Below, piece by piece: positions 60,174 to 64,000 of a DNA stretch of 64,000 bases. This DNA comes from an uncultured cyanobacterium. GTDB taxonomy: Bacteria; Cyanobacteriota; Cyanobacteriia; PCC-6307; Cyanobiaceae. A program made the translations under genes and the position numbers. The stretch is from positions 320,001 through 384,000 of the forward strand of contig CAVONQ010000018.1 of assembly GCA_963697335.1 (NCBI GenBank). Direction: 5' to 3'. Positions within the stretch are counted from its first letter, which is position 1; each line of letters begins with the position of its first letter. The notes beneath the pieces were generated by a model. It was given only the letters and a program-made list of their open reading frames with translations. It did not search any database and was not told where the DNA came from.

Positions 60174-63161
60174 TCAGCCCAGGGCGGTGACGCAGCGGCC
60201 GCAGAGGCTGGGGTGGGCGCTGTGCTGGCCGATGTCCTGGGTGTAGTGCCAGCAGCGCTCGCACTTCTGGCCTTCGGCCCGGGCAATCCCCACGCTGATC
60301 CCCTGCTCCTGGGCCGCGGCCAGCACGGTGTCGAAGGGGCTGCCGCCGAGCTGCAGGCTGGACACCAGCAGCCAGTCGGCCAGGTTGTCCACCTCGGGGC
60401 AGGGGCTGGCCTCGAGCCAGGCGAGGGCCTGGCGCAGGGGCTCGGCCTCGCTGCCGAGCTCCAGCTGCACCCGGGCCTCCAGGGAAGCCCCCAAGGCGTC
60501 GGCGCCGCCCTCGGATTGAGGCCCCTTGCCGCCCTGTTTGCGGCAGCTCTCCAGCTGGCGGTTCACCAGGGCCCGCAGGGCCAGGATCTGGTCCATGGGC
60601 TCCTCCAGGGCCGGCTGGCGCCAGCTGGCCGGTGCCGTGGGCCAGCCCCGCTCGAACACCGAGGCCTCGGCCACCGCATAGGGCAGGTTCTGCCAGATGT
60701 CCTCCGCCATGTGGCACAGCACCGGGGCGATCAGGCCGGCCAGCCGCTCCACCACCAGGCTCAGCACCGTCTGGCAACTGCGGCGCCGAAACGCCCCCGC
60801 CGCGCTCACGTAGAGCCGGTCCTTGGCGATGTCGAGGTACACGTTCGAGAGATCCACCACGCAGAAGTTCTGCAGGGCCTGGAAGAAGCGATAGAACTCG
60901 AAGCGCTCGAAATCGGCGGTCACCGCATCGATCAATGAGGCCGTGCGCTGCAGCATCCAGCGATCCAGTAGGGGCAGCTCCTCGTAGGCCACCGCGTTAC
61001 CCCCGGCCGTGGCGGGGCGCGGGTCGAAATCGTGCAGGTTGCCGAGCAGATAGCGGGCCGTGTTGCGCACTTTGCGGTACACATCGGCCAGTTGCTTGAC
61101 GATGCCGGGGCCCAGGGGCACGTCGGCGGAGTAGTCCACCGAGCTCACCCACAGGCGCAGCACATCGGCGCCGTAGGCGGGCTCCTGCTTTTCATTCCTG
61201 CCGCCCTCCACCAGCACAGTGGGATCCACCACGTTGCCCAGGGATTTGCTCATCTTGCGTCCTTTCTCATCGAGGGCGAAGCCGTGGGTGAGTACCCGCC
61301 GGTAGGGGGCCGTGCCGTTCACCGCCACGGAGGTGAGCAGGCTGCTCTGGAACCAGCCCCGGTGCTGGTCGCTGCCTTCCAGGTAGAGGTCGGCGGGATA
61401 GGTGAGTTCCGGGGCCCTCGCCTGGCCGCCGTCCAGGCCGCCCAGCACCCCGGCCCAGGAGGAGCCGGAATCGAACCACACGTCCATGGTGTCGCTGCCC
61501 TTGCGCCACTCGGCCGCTTCAGCGGCATGGGCGGGCGGCAGCAGCTCGGCCTCACTGCGCTGCCACCACACGTCGGCGCCGTGCTCGGCGATCAGGGCCT
61601 CGATGTGGGCGAGGGTGTCGGCGTTGAGCAGCACATCGCCCCGCTCGCGGTGGAAGAACACCGGAATCGGCACCCCCCAGGTGCGCTGGCGCGAGATGCA
61701 CCAGTCGCCCCGCTCGCGCACCATCGCCTCGATCCGGTTGCGGCCGCTGGCGGGCAGCCACTCCACCGCGGCGATGGCCTCGAGGGCCAGGCTGCGGAAG
61801 CCCTCCACCGAGGCGAACCACTGTTCGGTGGCCCGGAAGATGGTGGGTTTCTTGGTGCGCCAGTCGTAGGGGTAGCGGTGGGCATAGGGCTCCTGCTTGA
61901 GCAGCAGGCCGCTCTGCTCCAGGGCCGCCAGGATGGCCGGGTTGGCGTCCTTGAGCACGTTGGTGCCCGCGAACGGCCCCGCCTCCGCCGTGAGGGTTCC
62001 GGCCTCGTCCACCGGACAGAGCACCGGCAGGCCGTACTTGCGGCCGGTGTTGAAGTCGTCCACGCCGTGGCCCGGGGCCGTGTGCACCAGGCCGGTGCCG
62101 GCCTCGGTGGTGATGTAGTCGCCGCCGAGCACTACTGGGCTGGTGCGCTCCAGCAGGGGATGGCGGTAGCGCACACCCTCCAGCTCGGCCCCCTTGAGCT
62201 GCATCAGGGGCGCCAGGCCCAGGCCGAGACTGGCCTCCAGCTGCTCCCGCAGCGCGCTGGCCACCACCAGATGGCTGGCCCCCGCAGCAGGCCCGCTCGC
62301 CTCCCCGGGCGGTTGGCTCACCGCACACACCGTGTAGTCGAGCCGGCCATTCACGGACACCGCCAGGTTGGCCGGCAGGGTCCAGGGGGTGGTGGTCCAG
62401 ATCGCCACCGCCAGGCCGCCGGGGGCGGTGGCGGCCTCGGCGGTCAGCCCCGCCTCGCCCAGGCCCGCCGCCAGGGCGGGCGGCAGCTCCACCACCGGGA
62501 AGGCCACATAGGCGCTCGGCGAGGTGTGGCCATCGGGGTAGTCCAGTTCGGCTTCGGCCAGGGCGGTGCGGGAGCTGGGGCTCCAGTGCACCGGCTTCAG
62601 GCCCCGGTAGATGTGGCCGGCCAGCACCATCTGGCCGAACACCCGGATCTGGGCCGCCTCATAGCTCTTTTGCAGGGTGAGGTAGGGCTGCTGCCAGTCG
62701 GCCCAGATGCCCCAGCGCTGGAAGCCGCGCTTCTGGCCCTCCACCTGCTCGAGGGCATAGGCGTGGGCCTTCTCGCGCAGGCTCAGCGGCGTCAGGGCGG
62801 CCCGCTCGCTGCTGCTGAGTGCCTGCAGCACCTTCAGCTCGATCGGCAGGCCATGGCAGTCCCAGCCGGGGACGAAGCGCGCCCGACGGCCCTGCAGCAG
62901 GGCTGTCTTGTTGATGATGTCCTTGAGGATCTTGTTGAGGGCGTGGCCCACATGCAGGGCCCCATTGGCGTAGGGGGGGCCATCGTGGAGAGTGAAGGTC
63001 TCGCCGGGGTTGCTGCGGCTGAGGCGCTCGTAGAGCTGGGTTTCGGCCCAGAACGCCTGGATCTCCGGCTCGCGCTGCTTGGCGTTGGCCCGCATCGCAA
63101 ACGCCGTCTGCAGCAGGTTGAGGGTGTCCTTGTAGGAGGCGGGCGCGGAGCTGGCGGTCAC
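60174..63161 (-). CDS. ileS: Isoleucine--tRNA ligase
   Basis: HDGPPYANG, HVGH, WCISRQR, EGSDQHRGWF, KMSKS, C-terminal CERCW...CGRC. Confidence 0.98.
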   Translation of the reverse strand: MTASSAPASYKDTLNLLQTAFAMRANAKQREPEIQAFWAETQLYERLSRSNPGETFTLHDGPPYANGALHVGHALNKILKDIINKTALLQGRRARFVPGWDCHGLPIELKVLQALSSSERAALTPLSLREKAHAYALEQVEGQKRGFQRWGIWADWQQPYLTLQKSYEAAQIRVFGQMVLAGHIYRGLKPVHWSPSSRTALAEAELDYPDGHTSPSAYVAFPVVELPPALAAGLGEAGLTAEAATAPGGLAVAIWTTTPWTLPANLAVSVNGRLDYTVCAVSQPPGEASGPAAGASHLVVASALREQLEASLGLGLAPLMQLKGAELEGVRYRHPLLERTSPVVLGGDYITTEAGTGLVHTAPGHGVDDFNTGRKYGLPVLCPVDEAGTLTAEAGPFAGTNVLKDANPAILAALEQSGLLLKQEPYAHRYPYDWRTKKPTIFRATEQWFASVEGFRSLALEAIAAVEWLPASGRNRIEAMVRERGDWCISRQRTWGVPIPVFFHRERGDVLLNADTLAHIEALIAEHGADVWWQRSEAELLPPAHAAEAAEWRKGSDTMDVWFDSGSSWAGVLGGLDGGQARAPELTYPADLYLEGSDQHRGWFQSSLLTSVAVNGTAPYRRVLTHGFALDEKGRKMSKSLGNVVDPTVLVEGGRNEKQEPAYGADVLRLWVSSVDYSADVPLGPGIVKQLADVYRKVRNTARYLLGNLHDFDPRPATAGGNAVAYEELPLLDRWMLQRTASLIDAVTADFERFEFYRFFQALQNFCVVDLSNVYLDIAKDRLYVSAAGAFRRRSCQTVLSLVVERLAGLIAPVLCHMAEDIWQNLPYAVAEASVFERGWPTAPASWRQPALEEPMDQILALRALVNRQLESCRKQGGKGPQSEGGADALGASLEARVQLELGSEAEPLRQALAWLEASPCPEVDNLADWLLVSSLQLGGSPFDTVLAAAQEQGISVGIARAEGQKCERCWHYTQDIGQHSAHPSLCGRCVTALG

Positions 63162-63185
63162 GGCGCCTCGGGAAGCAAAGGGCGA

Positions 63186-64000
63186 TTATCCCGTTTCGCC
63201 TGGAGCGAGCGGAGGCTCTGCGGGAGGGCGCGGGGTGTTCTGAGGGGCTTCTGGGGAGGCTGTTGGGGGCTCTTCCGGGGGGGCTTCCAGCTCCTGCAGC
63301 AAGGCCTCGACGCCCTCGAGGGAGTCGACCACCACCACGGTGGCCGCGGGATCTGCTGTCTCCGCAGCGGCGGTGGGGTCAGATCCCGCGGCTGCTTCCG
63401 GTCCGGTGGAGGTCTCGGCGCCGGCGGCTGGAGCCGAACCTTCAGCGCCTTGAACCACCTCTGGTGTTCCGAACGTCACCGACTCGCTCGCCTCTGCCCT
63501 CGCCGTCTCCTGGGCCTCGGCCTCCTCCCCTGTCTGCGCCGCCTCTGTCTCCGGGATCTCCTGCTCCGGCACCACCTCTGCCTCCCCAGTGTCATCGGCC
63601 GCTTCTGAGGCCCGTGGCGCTTCACTCACCGCTGCAGCGGCCCCGGCCCCGGCCTCGACCGCTGCCGTGGTCTCGGAGGGCTCAAGGCGCACCCAGCGCT
63701 TGGTCGTCTGGCGAGGCTGTGTCTTCTGGCGCATCCAGCCCAGCAGGCCCGCCCCCAGGCCTCCGGTCAGCTCCAGCAGGCGGGCCAGGCTGGCGCCCAG
63801 TTCCGCCAGGCTCTGCTGCCAGCGCTCGGACGACCACAGGCGCTGCTGCTCCTCGGCAGTCAGCTGGCGCCAGCGGGCCTGTCCCACCTCCAGGCCCAGC
63901 CGGCCCACCAGCAGTCCACCGCAGAGCACGGCCAGCATCGGCGCTCCCCTGAGCCGCTCGGCACTGGTGACCAGCACCAGGCCCAGCAGCAGCACCACGC
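63186..64000 (-). CDS. Ycf66-family protein with a long acidic low-complexity tail, truncated by window end
   Basis: LLLGLVLVTSAERLRGAPML membrane segment, KRWVR motif, Ala/Glu/Pro-rich tail. Confidence 0.7.
   Translation of the reverse strand, partial: VVLLLGLVLVTSAERLRGAPMLAVLCGGLLVGRLGLEVGQARWRQLTAEEQQRLWSSERWQQSLAELGASLARLLELTGGLGAGLLGWMRQKTQPRQTTKRWVRLEPSETTAAVEAGAGAAAAVSEAPRASEAADDTGEAEVVPEQEIPETEAAQTGEEAEAQETARAEASESVTFGTPEVVQGAEGSAPAAGAETSTGPEAAAGSDPTAAAETADPAATVVVVDSLEGVEALLQELEAPPEEPPTASPEAPQNTPRPPAEPPLAPGETG

Noticed and set aside
61032..63608. 858-aa plus-strand ORF opposite ileS, and similar long shadows opposite glyA, leuC, murJ, pgm, glmM and hemN
   Set aside because: High GC3 codon bias removes stop codons on the antisense strand; no recognisable motifs.
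63186..63690. Ala/Glu/Pro-rich low-complexity tail of Ycf66
   Set aside because: No clear nucleotide-level repeat unit; variable disordered tails are common in this family.
1..64000. Frequent CGATCG/GCGATCGC (HIP1-like) sites
   Set aside because: A well-known cyanobacterial background feature; enrichment cannot be quantified by eye.

Overview
High-GC picocyanobacterial (Cyanobium/Synechococcus-type) chromosome, densely coding and almost all conserved core genes: rdgB, pgm/pmm, pyrE, psbK, tgt, cobS, purH, ispH, sfsA, murJ, glyA, cinA, leuCD, psbI/N/H, tatA, pth, ntcA, dcd, thyX, glmM, ictB, trmB and ileS, plus two tRNAs. I found no CRISPR array, prophage, integrase or IS element. The main accessory-looking block (50422-54787) is a low-oxygen tetrapyrrole operon, acsF-heme oxygenase-hemN. 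It is divergent from a cysteine-free ArsR-family regulator that is translationally coupled to a cysteine-rich pentapeptide-repeat protein, with overlapping palindromes in the shared promoter. This is a candidate alternative to the known ChlR oxygen switch. Other points: an atypical CAT-anticodon tRNA, two frameshifted genes (LptD-like DUF3769 and trmB), a tgt gene lacking a canonical start codon, two NtcA boxes, two probable pseudo-enzymes and a two-ORF insert between cinA and leuC. All calls come from motif recognition only; no database searches were run.
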